Source of the DNA: Octopus vulgaris
Taxonomy: Eukaryota
NCBI GenBank assembly: GCA_951406725.2
Contig: OX597825.1
Span: 61,876,001-61,940,000, forward strand
Length of the DNA stretch: 64,000 nucleotides
Direction of reading: 5' to 3'
Part shown: one piece after another, positions 11,483 through 25,447 of the stretch
How positions within the stretch are numbered: position 1 is the stretch's first letter
Layout of the letters: the number at the start of each line of letters is the position of its first letter
Made by a program: the position numbers and the translations under genes
The notes under the pieces: model-generated
Database searches by the model: none
What the model was told of the DNA's origin: nothing
Seen by the model: only the letters and a program-made list of their open reading frames with translations

Positions 11483-13461
11483 ATGTACCTGTATACATGA
11501 CAGCTATATATTCACTCACTCATATACGAACTGTGAAAAAAATGTTATAATCATGTGTATTTGTCTGATATTCCTTCAGTACTTTTTCCCATAAAGAATA
11601 TCTGAAGATTTTTTTTTCTCCCTTCATTGCTACAAACCAAATATTCCCCAAAGCCCTAATTATGGCCACTTACTTCCTTCTGCAAGTCTCAAATTATTTT
11701 CTATTTATTCTCTAATGTTCTGATTTTACTGCAGTTTTCGTCTCTGTAAAAGTAGCAACATCAAACACTTTTTACTTAAGAATAGGAAAAAAAAAAAAAT
11801 AAATAAAAAATAAAAACAGCCCCCACATATACATATCCTTTCAAGTGAACCAATATATTAAGATTTCTGAAAGTCTTATTACTGCTTCTTTCTTCCTTTC
11901 TTTCTTTTTTTTTTTGTCTTTTGTCGATTTTTGTTCTTTTTTTCCATTCAGTTAAATAATTTATGAAGGACTGCTTTTCAAATGGAAATGCACTGTTGTT
12001 ACTTTTTCCATTGTAGATTGACTTAGACTTTTCTATGACTGATTTCCTGTTCTATTTTACTTTTGAACAACTTCACCACTCTCTTCAAAAACACATTCAT
12101 GAACATGGCAAAAAGTATAAAAGTAAAATAAATAAGTAATAAATATTTTAAAAGAATTAAAACACTTGTTGTCAACAAAGTCCTCCCTTTTCTTACCTCT
12201 TATCTCTTTATTTCCAATTTTTTTTTTTTTAAGAAAATAGAAAATTCTTTTCAGGAAATGAATTTATTTGCTATTCATGTATTAATGATGGTCATATTTT
12301 TATCGTATGGATTTTTATATATTTCATGTCACCATTTGCTTGCTTGTTTCTTACAAAGACATTCATCCCTAAGTGGATGCCAACAATGGTATAGTAGACA
12401 TTAGGCTCATTAATAACCAATGCATGAATGCTTCTGAGGAGAAATTCATTTTTTTTTTCCTCTTGCATTATTCCTTGTTTCCATACAAATTTAAATTTCA
12501 GCTGAAGTCTTACTGTTCAAATAAACTGAAGAATTTATGTATTTATTTTAATACAAAGCAACTTTGCTCATTTGATGATAAAAATGACTTTTATTAATAT
12601 TTTTACAACCAAAATCCGTGTCTTTGCTTTGAAATTCTGTACAATATTTATCCGAGATAAATTTTGAATGGAATATATAAAATTTTTCTTTTAGTCCTAA
12701 GGAAATATTCTAGAGTAGCACCATCATTTTTTTTTAACTGTCCTGACTATAATAATTTAATATTACTTTTATTTTTATAACTTCTTAGTTATACATTATT
12801 TCTTGTAAAATATACAAACATTTTATTTCGTCAGGCACTTTTTATTAGAGTTTCAATGTAATTACATGTCCTGTTGATAAATATTTAAATCCACATACAC
12901 TGCAATATTTCTTTGTTCCACTCCCAAATATATTTGGATAATTATTATCCCAGCTGTACACTTATTTCCTTCTTCCTTTCTTTACACTTGTTTATTACTG
13001 TCAGGAGAGATAGGAACTGTTTTAAAATGCTATAGGACAGCAAACATATACACTACAAAGGCTTGTTAAAAAAAGCAGATTTATAAATTTTAAAATGTTA
13101 ACAATAATATGAGAAAAACTTTCAATTCAGTATTTTCTTTTAGATTATAGTGTGTGAGAATATTTATTATTTTTTTTCTATAAAGTGACATCTTTTTAAT
13201 GAAAATTCAGACATTTTTACTAAACCATATATTCATAAACTTTATACATGTTTTACCAAAAGTGAAGTAGATTAAGAATTGACTTTGTTGGTGCCAAAGA
13301 AACATGATGTATAACATAAATTTGGTACATCTCCATTCTTTCTTTTCTTTCTGTTTTACATTCATTCAACTTTTTACAAGCTTGTATAAGTGGAACATAC
13401 AACATAGAGTACAGGCAAATGGTTAACAAGTTTGCCTTGTGATCATGAAACTTTGGATTCT

Positions 13462-13543
13462 GAGAGACAGAGAAAAAGAGAGTCAGAAAGAGAGAGATAG
13501 AGAGTCAGAGAGAGAGAGAGAGAGTCAGAGAGAGAGAGAGTGT

Positions 13544-13615
<72 letters not shown>
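13462..13615. repeat. (GA)n microsatellite
   Basis: Direct reading. Confidence 0.95.
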
Positions 13616-13616
<1 letters not shown>

Positions 13617-14393
13617 TTTTATCATAGATTCAGGTAGACTCAAGTGTTGTAATTGACACTGGGCAGACAGAAATTGTGAGGAGGCTTTCAGCTAGATTGC
13701 ACTTGTATTAAAAAGTTCAGCTTTGTTATATTGATTCTATCAGTGAATCATGAAATGAGTACATGTGTGTGGAATACTCAGCCACTTATACACTAATGCA
13801 ATCAATAGATAATTCAGCTGTAAAACTGGTGGAGATTCATTTGATAGCTTAGCTATTTGTCTATTTGTTATCAAAGTAATTGGTTTATTCTTACTTCATA
13901 CCTGTAAACTAGAAAATAGAATCTGTATTTTTAAATGCTACAAAATGGTTGGTGTTAGGAAGGGCATCAAGCTGTAAAATCCATGCCAAAACACAGTGAA
14001 ATCTAGTACTGTCTTCTGCCTGCTGGCTCCTGTCAAGCCATCCAACCCATATCAGCATGAAAAATGGACGTTAAATGATAATGATGATGACAAGGTGGAT
14101 ATTCTCTCAAATCTTAATTATGGGTACTTGCTTCAGTTGATCTACAAGTTACAAATTATTTTGTTTACTTTAGATTGTCAATGATTTAGAATTTCTCACA
14201 ATTTTAGATATCTTGCAATTTGGGGCCAATATTTATTTGGGATAAATTTTGAATGGAATACAAACATTAACTTTTAATCATAGTGAAATATTCTGGAGTA
14301 CTATCATTTATCTTAAATGTCTTGACTACACTCTAATGTATTTTCAACATGCATTTTTATATATAACTTTGTATGTTTGCACTGGAAATATAA

Positions 14394-16055
14394 TAGGTTG
14401 GAAAGAAAGTCCTGTCACATTTGTGACGTGATCACTTTCAGGGTAATTTTTCAATATTTACAGAAAAAAATAGCATTCATTATTGCATTCTAAAGGTTTT
14501 TTTGTTTTTTTGTCTTTGAGCAGATTACATTATACCAAAGTTAAACTTGTATCGGTTAAATGCTTTTAGATCAGACCCATATCAGATACTGCATAATGTA
14601 AAATTCAAAAGAGGCTCTTCAACAAGGGAAGTAGCAAGAAATATTCATATTCATTCCGTGTATGGAAAGGAAGCTTTAAGCATTTGGTATGCCAATGACC
14701 TTTTAATCAGCTTTGCTTAGGAAATTTTTCTCACATAGATTCCATTCAATCTGGATGAACAGGTTCTGGCAATATTAAACTTCTGAAAGTGGTTGTCTAG
14801 AAAAATCTAAAGCAAACTGCATAAGAATTAGGAAACAGTTCAATTCAAGTGAAACTTTGATCATAAAACACTCCTATGATATAAAAAATATGTGTCTATA
14901 CTTTATCGCTTCTTACCTTAATCAAAGTGTTACCTTCTGCTTCTTACTAAAGAGTAGGCTTGCTACCAAATATTGCTTTGATAGAATCATCGCAAGTGAT
15001 GAAAACAGGTTCCCCTATAATCATATTTAAAGAAAATGAGACAATGGAAAGGAATATTCCATTCCCAATCCAGGACTACATCTGAAAAAAGTTATGTTCT
15101 ATGCTTGGTAATACGAGGAGTATCATCTTGTATGAAGTGTTTAATCAAAAGGAAACAGATAATACAGAAAGTATTGATATTGGTTGGAAGCATTGTAGAA
15201 AACGTTGCAGAAAAAGCACCCATTATTCATCAATCATAGAGCAGTGTTGCTCTTGCTTGATAATGCAAGACCATATGTTACCTATGTCACTCAAAAAAAA
15301 AAGATTTTTTAACACTAAATTTGCAAGTTTTTTTTATCCTCCTTCGTCTCCTAACCTTGCTCAGTCTAACTATTATCTTTCCTGAGGATCATATGACTGA
15401 TCATTATTGATCAGTCATAAAGCAGTGTTACTCTTACTTGATAATGCAAGACCATATGTTACCTATCTATTTATTTATGTGCCTTTTTTCAAGCCTAGCC
15501 AGGCTCGTGGGCCCGGTTTGTTGGTTTCTGTGCCATATGTGTTCCCCCCAGCTGGACGGGATGCCAGCCCATCACAGCGTTACTCAAGAAACAGGAAGAG
15601 AGAGTGAGAGAAAGTTGGGGTGAAAGAGTACAACAGGGGTTGCCACAACCCCCTGCCATAGCCTCATGCAGCCTTTATGTATTTTCACTCAATAAACACA
15701 CACAACACCCAGTCCAGGAATCGAAACCGCGATCCTTTGACTTCGAGTCTGCTGCCCTAACCACTGGGCCATTGTGCCTCCACATATGTTACCTATGCCA
15801 CTCAAAGAAGGATTTTGACACTAAATTTGCAAGTTTTCCTTATCCTCCTTCGTCTCCTAACCTTGTTCAATCTAACTATTATCTTTTCAGATGATCATCG
15901 CAACATTATTTAGAAAGAAAACAGTTTAGTAATTGTGAAAAAGCTGAAAATGTTATTGAATGTTTATTCATTTTAAAATTTGAGAAATTCTATGCCAGAG
16001 GGATCAACAATTTACTAAATAGAATGGTATTATATTATCAATAAGGAGAGGAAAT
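14394..16055 (+). mobile_element. Degenerate mariner (D,D34D-type) transposon with internal duplication and SINE insertion
   Basis: Motif remnants FDRIIASDE (RIVTGDE), GLHLKKVM, LLDNARPY (HDNARPH), YPPSSPNLAQSNYYLF (HPPYSPDLAPSDYHLF) and FYARGINNL; 5' end TA-ATAGGTTGG. Confidence 0.85.
15467..15782 (-). mobile_element. SINE family C variant with V-domain-like segment, 14-bp TSD
   Basis: CATATGTTACCTAT at 15453-15466 and 15783-15796; GATGGGCTGGCATCCCGTCCAG on - strand; (ATAA)n tail. Confidence 0.88.
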
Positions 16056-17136
16056 ATTATAGCATCTGTTTTAACATGCTATAGGATTGTAAATGTATAC
16101 ACTTAGAAGAGCAAAATTGTGAATTTGAAAAGTGTTAAAAATAACGAAAACAGTTTTTTCAATTTTCTTTTTGATTAGAGTGTGTCGAAATATTTGTTAT
16201 ATTGTTGTATGATGTATAATTTTTCACTAAAACTCATTGAAATTCTCACTAACTAGTGTTAGTTTTACTTTAAAGATTTCTAACACAGCAGCTTGCAAAT
16301 ATTTATGGGTAGAAAAATATTTATTTTGGTGGAGATAGAAATGAAGCATAATAGTATATTTTTGTTGGTCATCTGGGCAGTTAAATCAAAAGAATAAACC
16401 CACACACTATTTTGCGACACATGTAATAGTAAGTTGGTGTGCTAGTCATTGGTAACTTTCATCTTTTCTTAAAAGGAGCTAAAGAACAATTTGTTGCTAA
16501 ACACTGAAAGAACACCAGAAATTTAGAAGAGCATATAGGTTATTGACTTATTACCAATACTTGATTGGAACTTTATTTTAGCAAGAATGAAAATTTGGCT
16601 TTGGAATGGTTTGAAGTCAGTGAAGTAAAGTGGAAAAAGTCGAGTTATGTGTTTTGGACAGGAACGAAACAAAGCACCATTAGTAAAATAAGAGATGTAA
16701 ATATATGCAAATGGTGAGACATAATCTCTATAATTTCAAAGCAACTTACAAAGAACATAGTGTGAAAAACACATTAACATTTTAAAAAGCATACCTGAAT
16801 TATGAAAGATTCTCCAAATTTTGTACATCTCTATATTTGCTTACAAAATCAACAATGGTGATATATTATTTATCACAGAACAGGTAACAAATACGATGAT
16901 TAATTTTGATTTTTTATAATTCTGTAATATTCAATACGTTATGGATTATTTCAAAGAGAAAATAAAATTTAATTACTTTTGGGAGCCAGGCTCTGTGAAA
17001 GAGCAGTAGAGTACCCCTGTATTACTGCAAAACTTACTGTAATTGACATAGAATATTTATAACATTGTAGCAAAGCTGTAAAAAGTTGCAAAACTGAAAT
17101 ATTTTTACTCAAGATAATCAGTTTTGGCTCTCATAA

Positions 17137-17182
<46 letters not shown>

Positions 17183-17279
17183 TTATGCATATGCATGTAT
17201 ATGTATATGCAAATGTGTGTGTGTATGTGTGCATGTGTGAGTGTGTGTGTTTGTGTGTTTGTGTATGTGTATTACTCTG

Positions 17280-17660
17280 TTTTTTACTTGTTTCAGTCAT
17301 TTGACTGTGGTCATCCTGGAGCACCGCCTTTAGTCGAGCAAATCGACCCCAGGACTTATTCTTTGTAAGCCTAGTACTTATTCTATCAGTCCCTTTTGGC
17401 CAAACTGCTAAGTTACAGAGACGTAAACACACCAGCATCGGTTGTCAAGTGATGTTGGGGGAACAAACACAAACACACACACACATATGTATATATACAT
17501 ATATACGACGGGCTTCTTTGAGTTTCCATCTACCAAATCTACTCACAAGGCTTTGGTCAGCCTGAGCCTATTGTAGAAGACACTTGCCCAAGTTGCCATG
17601 CAGTGGGACTGAACCTGAAACCATGTGGTTGGTAAGCAAGCTACTTACCACACAGCCACT
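17280..17660 (-). mobile_element. SINE family A, full length
   Basis: Collinear reverse complement of 56318-56730. Confidence 0.9.
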
Positions 17661-17666
17661 TCTACA

Positions 17667-17712
<46 letters not shown>

Positions 17713-17724
17713 CATACATATGTA

Positions 17725-18130
17725 TATAAACAATATTGAACACACATACACAAGGTATGTGTTTTGCCAGTTCATGGGCAGGCTGCAATATGTTGGCATC
17801 AGATAATATATTTTTATTGATTCATCTGGTATTAAAACACTGGAAAGTCATAGACAAGAGAGATAACTTACATCAGGTCCCATTGCAAGAGCAGTATGTA
17901 TTAATGTTTTGTCATTTTTGTGACTTGTCAATATTATATTAATGTCTACATCAATGTCTACCATACCTCCAAAGAGACCTGATGTGAGTTATCTTGCCTG
18001 TCTATGACACCCAGATGTTTCAGGACCAGGTGGATTGGTAAGAATTTATTCTCTTATGCCTATAAATTGCAGCCTACCCACAAACTGGAAAAGCACATAC
18101 CTTGTGTATGTGTGTTCAAAATTATTTATA
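17725..18130. repeat. Diverged foldback element (~160-bp arms, ~85-bp spacer)
   Basis: TTGAACACACATACACAAGGTATGTG (17736-) vs CACATACCTTGTGTATGTGTGTTCAA (-18119); AGATAACTTACATCAGGTC vs GACCTGATGTGAGTTATCT. Confidence 0.8.
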
Positions 18131-18180
18131 TTTCTTGAGCTGCTATTCATTCATATTTGAATACACACACACACACACAC

Positions 18181-18560
18181 ATCATCATTGTTTAACATCC
18201 GCTTTCCATGCTGGCATCGGTTGGACGATTTGACTGAGGACTGGTGAACCAGATGGCTGCACCAGGCTCCAATCTGATCTGGAAGAGTTTCTACAGCTGG
18301 ATGCTCTCCCTAATGCGAACCACTCCGTGTAGAGGGTACTTTTACATACTCACCAGCATGAGGGACAGTCAGGCGGTACTGGCAATGGCCAGACTCAAAT
18401 GGTGTTTTTTACGTGTCACCTGCACAGGAGCCAGTCCAGCGGCACTGGCAACGACCTCGCTTGAATGTTTTTTCATGTGTCCCTGGCACAAGTGCAAGTA
18501 AGATGATGCTGGTAATGATCACAAACGAATGGTGCTTTTTATGTGCGACCGGCATGGAAG
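18181..18560 (-). mobile_element. Repeat family E with internal ~57-bp units
   Basis: (CAT)n, CGCTTTCCATGC, repeated TGCTTTTTACGTGCCACC-like units. Confidence 0.8.
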
Positions 18561-18569
18561 CAAGTTAGC

Positions 18570-18619
<50 letters not shown>

Positions 18620-19295
18620 AATATACACATATATATATGTATATATGTATCCATATATATATATCTATACACACACACACACACATATCACATATACAAA
18701 CCAAACATATACAGATCTGATTCTGTGTTTACCAGGCAGTGTATAGTTTTGAAATAAAAAAATCATATTAATTTCTTTATGTTACGTTTTTATAGTTAGT
18801 TCAATATATGCAGATGATATTGTGACTATAGAAATATATAAACCTACCAACATCCTGCATACATACACACACACATACATACATACATACATACATACAT
18901 ACATACATACATACATACATACATACATACATACATACACACATACATATATATATATATATATATGTGCACACAACTGCTATCTACATTAGGTTATGTC
19001 ATCATTAGAAAAGAAACGAAAATAAAAATGATTTTTATTGCCACAATCTCTACTCGAGATTTTTAAAGAATACATTGTATTATAGTTCTGTGTGTGCATG
19101 TCTGTTGAAGCACTTGTACGTCAGTGTGTGTATATAAGTGAAAGTGGGAAAACAGTTTTGTTGAATCACAGTGCTTAAATTTAATGATGTTATATATAAT
19201 ATTTACTTGAGTTGGTGTTGACTCAGACATTTTATAGCTGATTTTTATTTAGATATTTTACATTGTTTTGCATTATAAATTCATATTTACATATA

Positions 19296-19304
19296 AATAT
19301 GTTA

Positions 19305-19360
<56 letters not shown>

Positions 19361-19414
19361 ATATATATGTATACACATATATATGTATATGTATACACAT
19401 ATATATGTATACAC

Positions 19415-19469
<55 letters not shown>

Positions 19470-19483
19470 AATAAATATGTTAG

Positions 19484-19520
<37 letters not shown>

Positions 19521-19700
19521 GTATATATAAATAAATATGTTAGTATATGTATATATATATATGTATGTATGTATATACGTGTGTGAGTGTGTTTTGTGTA
19601 TGTATGTGCATACACATATGAGTGTGTGTATATGTATATATATAATGTATATACTTATACATACATAAAAGAAATGTATGTGTGTAGTTATATATCCTAT
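19296..19700. repeat. Compound (TA)n block with three AAATATGTTAGTATAT units
   Basis: Units at ~19296, 19473 and 19533. Confidence 0.9.
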
Positions 19701-20672
19701 GCATTATTTGAGCTGAGAACAATGAAAAACCTCTGAACAAAATAAGCTGAGTAAATTGATATTTATATTAAAATAAATATTGTCACATTCTCGTATATTT
19801 TGCTTGTATTCTGCTACACATATATCAGACAGCATTATTTTTGCTCTACTTTAGTGATACTCTGTACCTATTAAATATAAATATATCAAAATATGCAGAG
19901 TGACCTCAACAATGGCAGTTTAAGTTTGATTGCAGTGTCCCAGGTGTTTTTCTGGTCAAACAAAAAAAATTTTAGCTAATCAGATACTAGTAATCCGTGA
20001 GCCATTTTTTTGAGAGATGATGTAAAAATTATATAACACTTGCTTGATTCACTCAGCACCAGACCAATAAGAGCTATGTTCTTCTCAGTTGCTTTTCACA
20101 ACCGACATCAAGAACAGAAACCCAGAGAACATAATCAACCTTCTTTTAACTACTTCCTTTCATGTAATATGATGAATTGAATGCTAAAGACACCGGTGAT
20201 ACCTATTGTGATCAGTTTGGAACTTATTTCCTTCTCTCTCTTCTACTCTGCTGCTATGAGCTGCTAGCATGTTTCCATGCTAGCAGAAGATAACTATAAT
20301 ATTCTCATATGCACATTTCTTCTTCAAGTTTATTTTTTTTCAAACAAGGAGATGCAGATGTGAAACATTTTATCAGAAAGAACTAAAACTTAGAAGTAGT
20401 TTGAAGCAGCAGTGCCTTGCAATCTATCACAAGAAGAAAAAACTAACATTCTGTGCCTTACCAAAGTCATAGGCATCTTCCTCGTTCCAATCAAGGAAAA
20501 TGTGGACACAGTTGTATTTGGATAAAGAAGACTATATTCATTATCCTTAAAACATCTAAGGTGCAAAAGCAAATTTTATATGATATATTTGCCCATAAAC
20601 TAGTCCCATGGAATTTGAGAAAGGGGACCTCTCATTTGTAGTCACATTTGTGGTAAAATATGGACAGGCACA

Positions 20673-21044
20673 GGAGTGGCTGTGTGGTAAGTAGCTTGCT
20701 TCACAACCACATGGTTCTGGGTTCATTCCCACTGTGTGGCATCTTGGGCAAGTGTCTTCTACTATAGCCTCAGGTCGACCGAAGCCTTCTGAGTGGATTT
20801 GGTAGATGGAAACTAAAAGAAGCCCGTCATATATATGTATATATATATATATATGTGTGTGTGTGATCTGTGTGTTTATGTTTGTGTGTCTGTGTTTCTA
20901 TCCCCAACATCACTCGACGACCGATGGTGGTGTGTTTACGTCCCAGTAACCTAGTGGTTCAGCAAAAGAGACTGGCAGAATAAGTACTAAGCTTACAAAG
21001 AATAAGTCCTGGCTGCAGTCAAATGATTGAAACAAGTAAAAGAG
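20673..21044 (+). mobile_element. SINE family A
   Basis: Head, internal microsatellite and tail present; small 3' deletion. Confidence 0.9.
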
Positions 21045-21055
21045 ATATGTATAAG

Positions 21056-21955
21056 TGCAGGTGTGATTGTGTAGCAAAAAACTTGCTTCACAAACACATG
21101 GTTCCAGGTTCAGTCCCACTGTGTGGAACCTTGGTTAAATGTCTTCTATTATAGCTTTGTGGTCACCAAAGCTTTGTGAGTGGATTTTGTAGTCGGTAAC
21201 TGAAAGAATCATGTTGTGTGTGTGTATGCATGTGTTTGCGTGTGTGTGTGTGTGTGTGTGTGTGTTTGTCCCCCACTACCACTTGACAACCAGTGCTTGT
21301 GTGTTTAAATCCCCGTAACGTAGCAGTTCAGCAAAAGATGCCAATAGAATAGGAACCAGGCTTTAAAAAATATTGAAATCGAAATCAAATTCGATGACTG
21401 GCATCTGTGCTAGTGGAGTGCTAAGAGTACCATACGAGCGTGATTGTTGCCAGAGCAACAAGCTGGCCTCCGTGCAGATGGGCACATAAAAAGCACCATT
21501 CGAGCGGGATCATTACTTGCATCACCTCACTGGCACTTGTGCTGGTGGCACATGAAAAAAGAACATTCGAGCGAGGTCGTTGCCAGTGCCGCTGGACTGG
21601 CTCCTGTGCAGGTTTCACATAAAAAGCACCATTTGAGTGTGGCCACTGCCAGTACTGCCTGACTGGCCCTCATGCTGGGGGCACAATAAAGCACCCACTA
21701 CACTCTCAGAGTGGTTGGCGTTAGGAAGGTCATCCAGATGTAGAAACTCTGCCAGATCAGATTGGAATCTTGTGCAGCCATCTGGTTCGTCAGACCTCAG
21801 TAAAATCGTCCAACCCATGCTAGCATGGAAAGCAGACATTAAACGATGATGATGATGATAATGATGTACTGGGGGTCAATTTATTTGACTAAACGTCTTC
21901 ATTGTAGTGCCCCAGCATGGCTTCAGTCTAATGACTGAAAGAAATATAAAATTAA
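21056..21955 (+). mobile_element. Older family A copy interrupted by a family E copy (~21375-21865)
   Basis: Family A body stops at GGCTTTAAAAAA (~21370) and resumes at GTACTGGGGGTC (~21866) after the family E (GAT)n tail. Confidence 0.8.
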
Positions 21956-22038
21956 AAAATAGTTGGTGCTAATGTAATTTGTGTTGCTATTTGGTTAATA
22001 TAAACTGCATTTTATTGTAACTTTCAGCTTTTGTAACT

Positions 22039-22070
<32 letters not shown>

Positions 22071-22309
22071 ATCAGCCTCTTCATCTGACATTTGATAGTT
22101 TCAGGCAAATTTCTTTTACATCATCTTCTACACCTTGTGAGTTCTTGATATTTTTTATTGTTATTGGAGAGTACATCATCATCATCGTCATCATCATCAT
22201 CGTCATTTTGTTGTGCAGTATGGATATGAAATAACTAATTTTTGTTGATTTTTCATCATTTTAACTGTCTAGCCTTAAGAAACAACTTAAGACAGAAAGT
22301 ACCTTTCTA

Positions 22310-22740
22310 AGAATATAAGTTAATCAAAGCAGAGAAGACTCTTGGAGTGTTCTCAATGTCTTCTTTGATATCCAACCATTTCAAATGGTAGAATAGATTT
22401 TATTTTATTTTTAATTGAATTTCATGCTCCAGTGATAACTGATACAGCTTTCATTTTTGCTGTTGAAATAACATACCCATATTCTAGATATTTTTACTAT
22501 TATAGCAATATATTTTGAGATTTTCTATTTATATTTCTTCCATGTTTGTCTGAAGAAACTTCAACATCTGTAACAAGACATTCTCTTTTCTTTCCTTTCT
22601 TTGTTTTTTCTTATGCCATGCATATTGTCTACTTGTCCAGTTGTTATGTATGTCTGAATATTAAAATCCCATAGATTATTTGGTTTTCCAGGATTGTTAG
22701 AGCCATTTCTGGAACATGATTGTAACACTTGTCTGAAATA
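22310..22740 (-). mobile_element. Highly decayed R4/Dong-clade (RLE) retrotransposon C-terminal region
   Basis: - strand remnants DKCYNHVPE and WDFNIQT match KWY.H.PE...ILWDF.IQTD. Confidence 0.55.
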
Positions 22741-23073
22741 TGTAAAAGCTAAAGATCCCCTTCAGTCATGAATGAACGTGGGATTACACCTAGATATTAC
22801 CCTCCATAGCATAAGCCTGGGCAAGGTTGTCTGTGGAAGAACAGTAGTTGCCCATCCATATCAGCCTTTCTGCTCCACACCACTGATATTATCCAAAGGA
22901 AGGGCAAAGGCTGATACAGCTTGATACATGTTACCTGAAAGGCTCAAAAGGATGAAAGACAAAGATGACTATGGTGAAATGTGGACTTGGAATGTAAAGA
23001 TGGATGAAATACTACTATGCATTTTGCCAATAGTGCTAACAATTCTGCTAGCTCAACCCCTTAATAAAAAAGT

Positions 23074-23393
23074 CCTCCCTCAGTCATGAATAGCCATGAG
23101 AACGTTATCCTCTGAAGTACAGTCTTGGCAAATTTGTTTATGGAAGACCAGCAGTCTCCCATGTATGCCAGCCTCCCCTCTCCATGCCACCGATGTTATA
23201 CAAGGGAAATGCAAAGGCTGATACAGCTTGGCACCAGTGATGCTGTAACTCATTTCTACAACTGTGTGAATTGGAGCAATGTAAAAGAAATTACCTTGCT
23301 CAAGAACACAACACACAGCCCAGTTCAGGAATTGATCTAAACTTCCTCATGATTGTCAGCCCAATGCTCTAACTGCTGAGCCATGTGCCTTCA
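23074..23393 (-). mobile_element. SINE family B (a second 3' fragment lies at 22752-22930)
   Basis: Collinear with 680-1016. Confidence 0.85.
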
Positions 23394-24040
23394 TATTTAT
23401 ACATATAATTTTTCCTTTCCACAAACAACATAATACAAGTGAAGTTGGAAGAAAGATAAAAGAAACGTTTTATTAAAACGTTCAAACCTGTCCTGAATGG
23501 AAATAACAATTATGTAACAATCAGTTAATGATGTGGATTAAAAAATATCTTTAACATATGAATATAAACAAATTACAGAAGACCCCTCCCCCAACTGAAA
23601 TAAAAATGATTGAAACCAACTAAGTTTGCTCACTCATAAGACCATTAAATGTAAACTGCAAGCTAACTGGTTAAAATAACTGTGGGATCTATGCCAATAA
23701 AATAGATGACTCCATCAAATCATGACGTTTAAGCTGTATACAGATTGGTCAAAACTGTATTGGAAAAATTCAGTATTTTGGAGCCTTCTAAGAGGTATAA
23801 AAAGGAAGAAGTCAGTCATTTTACTACAATTATCAAGAAGTCGACTGTCTGATGGTTACTACTAATGTATGAAAGTGCTAATTGAACATTATGAACTTAT
23901 GAAATTTTTTTTAATGTTTAACAGACTTCAATATTCTAAAAAATGTTTTTAAAACAGAATAAAAAATGGGAAAATCAGACCATGTTTTAACTTAATTCAA
24001 CTGATATATTATTTTATATACATTTGCACAAATTCAGAAA

Positions 24041-24075
<35 letters not shown>

Positions 24076-24148
24076 TATATGTGTATATATAGTAATGTCT
24101 ATATATGTCTATATAAATATATATGTGTGTGTGTGTGTGTGCGTGTGT

Positions 24149-24339
24149 ATAACAGAACAGGAAATTGGAAATTTTGGGGTATATTTATCCACTATTATAT
24201 GTGCTTCATTTCCTAATAAGAATTACAAAGATTTACATGACAATCTAACATGTAGAACTTTGTAATTCCAATTAGTAAATGAAACATGTAATGTTGAATA
24301 AATAAATTATAAAAAATTTCCAGTTTCCTGTTTTGTTAT
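24149..24339. repeat. Diverged foldback element (~90-bp arms, 9-nt spacer) next to TA/TG tract
   Basis: ATAACAGAACAGGAAATTGGAAATTTT...GAATTACAAAGATTTACATG vs CATGTAGAACTTTGTAATTC...AAAATTTCCAGTTTCCTGTTTTGTTAT. Confidence 0.8.
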
Positions 24340-24488
24340 GCAATAACTCTGCAAATAGTATTTCTATAATTCTGAATTTTGATATGTATTTTGACAAATA
24401 TACAGCAGCTACTGAGACTACATATTGGATTGTAATAATAGAATAAGCAGATGTGCTTTAAGAGGATACAGCTGAGGTTTACCCTGCT

Positions 24489-24730
24489 AGGAGTGCTGTG
24501 TGGGAAGTAGCTTGCTTACCAATCACATAGCTCTAGGTTCAGTTCTACTGTATGGCACCTTGGGCAAGTGTCTTCTACTATAGCCTCGGGCCGAGCAAAG
24601 CCTTGTGAGTGGATTTGGTAGATGGAAACTGAAAGAAGCCCATTGTATACACACACACATACACACAAACACACACACATATATGTATGTATATGTTTGT
24701 GTGTCTGTGTTTGTTGCCCCACCATCGCTA
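24489..24730 (+). mobile_element. SINE family A, 5' half
   Basis: Head and internal microsatellite present, tail absent. Confidence 0.8.
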
Positions 24731-24761
24731 CAGGAAATGCTGTATTGAAAGTGTCTTTCAT

Positions 24762-24785
24762 ATGATTATTATTACTATTATTATT

Positions 24786-24826
<41 letters not shown>

Positions 24827-24861
24827 TATCATTATTATTATTGTTATTGTTATTGTTACTA

Positions 24862-24892
<31 letters not shown>

Positions 24893-24945
24893 TATTATTA
24901 TCATCATCATCATCATTATTATCATTATTATTATTATTGTTATTG

Positions 24946-25001
<56 letters not shown>
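24762..25001. repeat. (ATT)/(ATC)/(GTT)n compound microsatellite
   Basis: Direct reading. Confidence 0.95.
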
Positions 25002-25003
<2 letters not shown>

Positions 25004-25447
25004 GCTATTGTGAAGTAGATGAATTGTTAGCAAACCATGCAAAATGATAAGTGGCATTCTGTCCATCTTCACATTCTGAGTTCAAATTCTGCTGAGGTCA
25101 ACTTTAACTTTCATCTTTCCAGGGTCGATAAAATAAGTACCAGACGAACACTGGCAGTTGGTGTAATTGACTTACTCGCTCCCCACAAAGTGCTGGCCTT
25201 GTGCCAAAATCTGAAATCCTTATCATAGTTATCAAGATACTGAACGACCAGTATCATTAGCATACCACACAAAATGCTTAGTGGCATTTCCTCTAGTTTT
25301 ACACTTTTAAGCTCAAATTCCATTGAGGTTGAATTCGTTTTTTATCCTTTTCCTATTTCTCTTTGTCTTCCTTCCCCTATTTCTCTATCACATAGAGAAA
25401 TAGGGGAAGGACTTTGTAAATGAACAATCTTGAGGTGTTTATTTTAA

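Noticed and set aside
17973-18045. Splice-donor-like GTGAGT/GTAAGA sites
   Set aside because: They lie within the arm of the 17725-18130 foldback and are mirrored on the other strand
20261-20286. 11-bp hairpin CTGCTAGCATG-TTTC-CATGCTAGCAG
   Set aside because: It is short, partly self-palindromic and overlaps the family E tail word; no functional support
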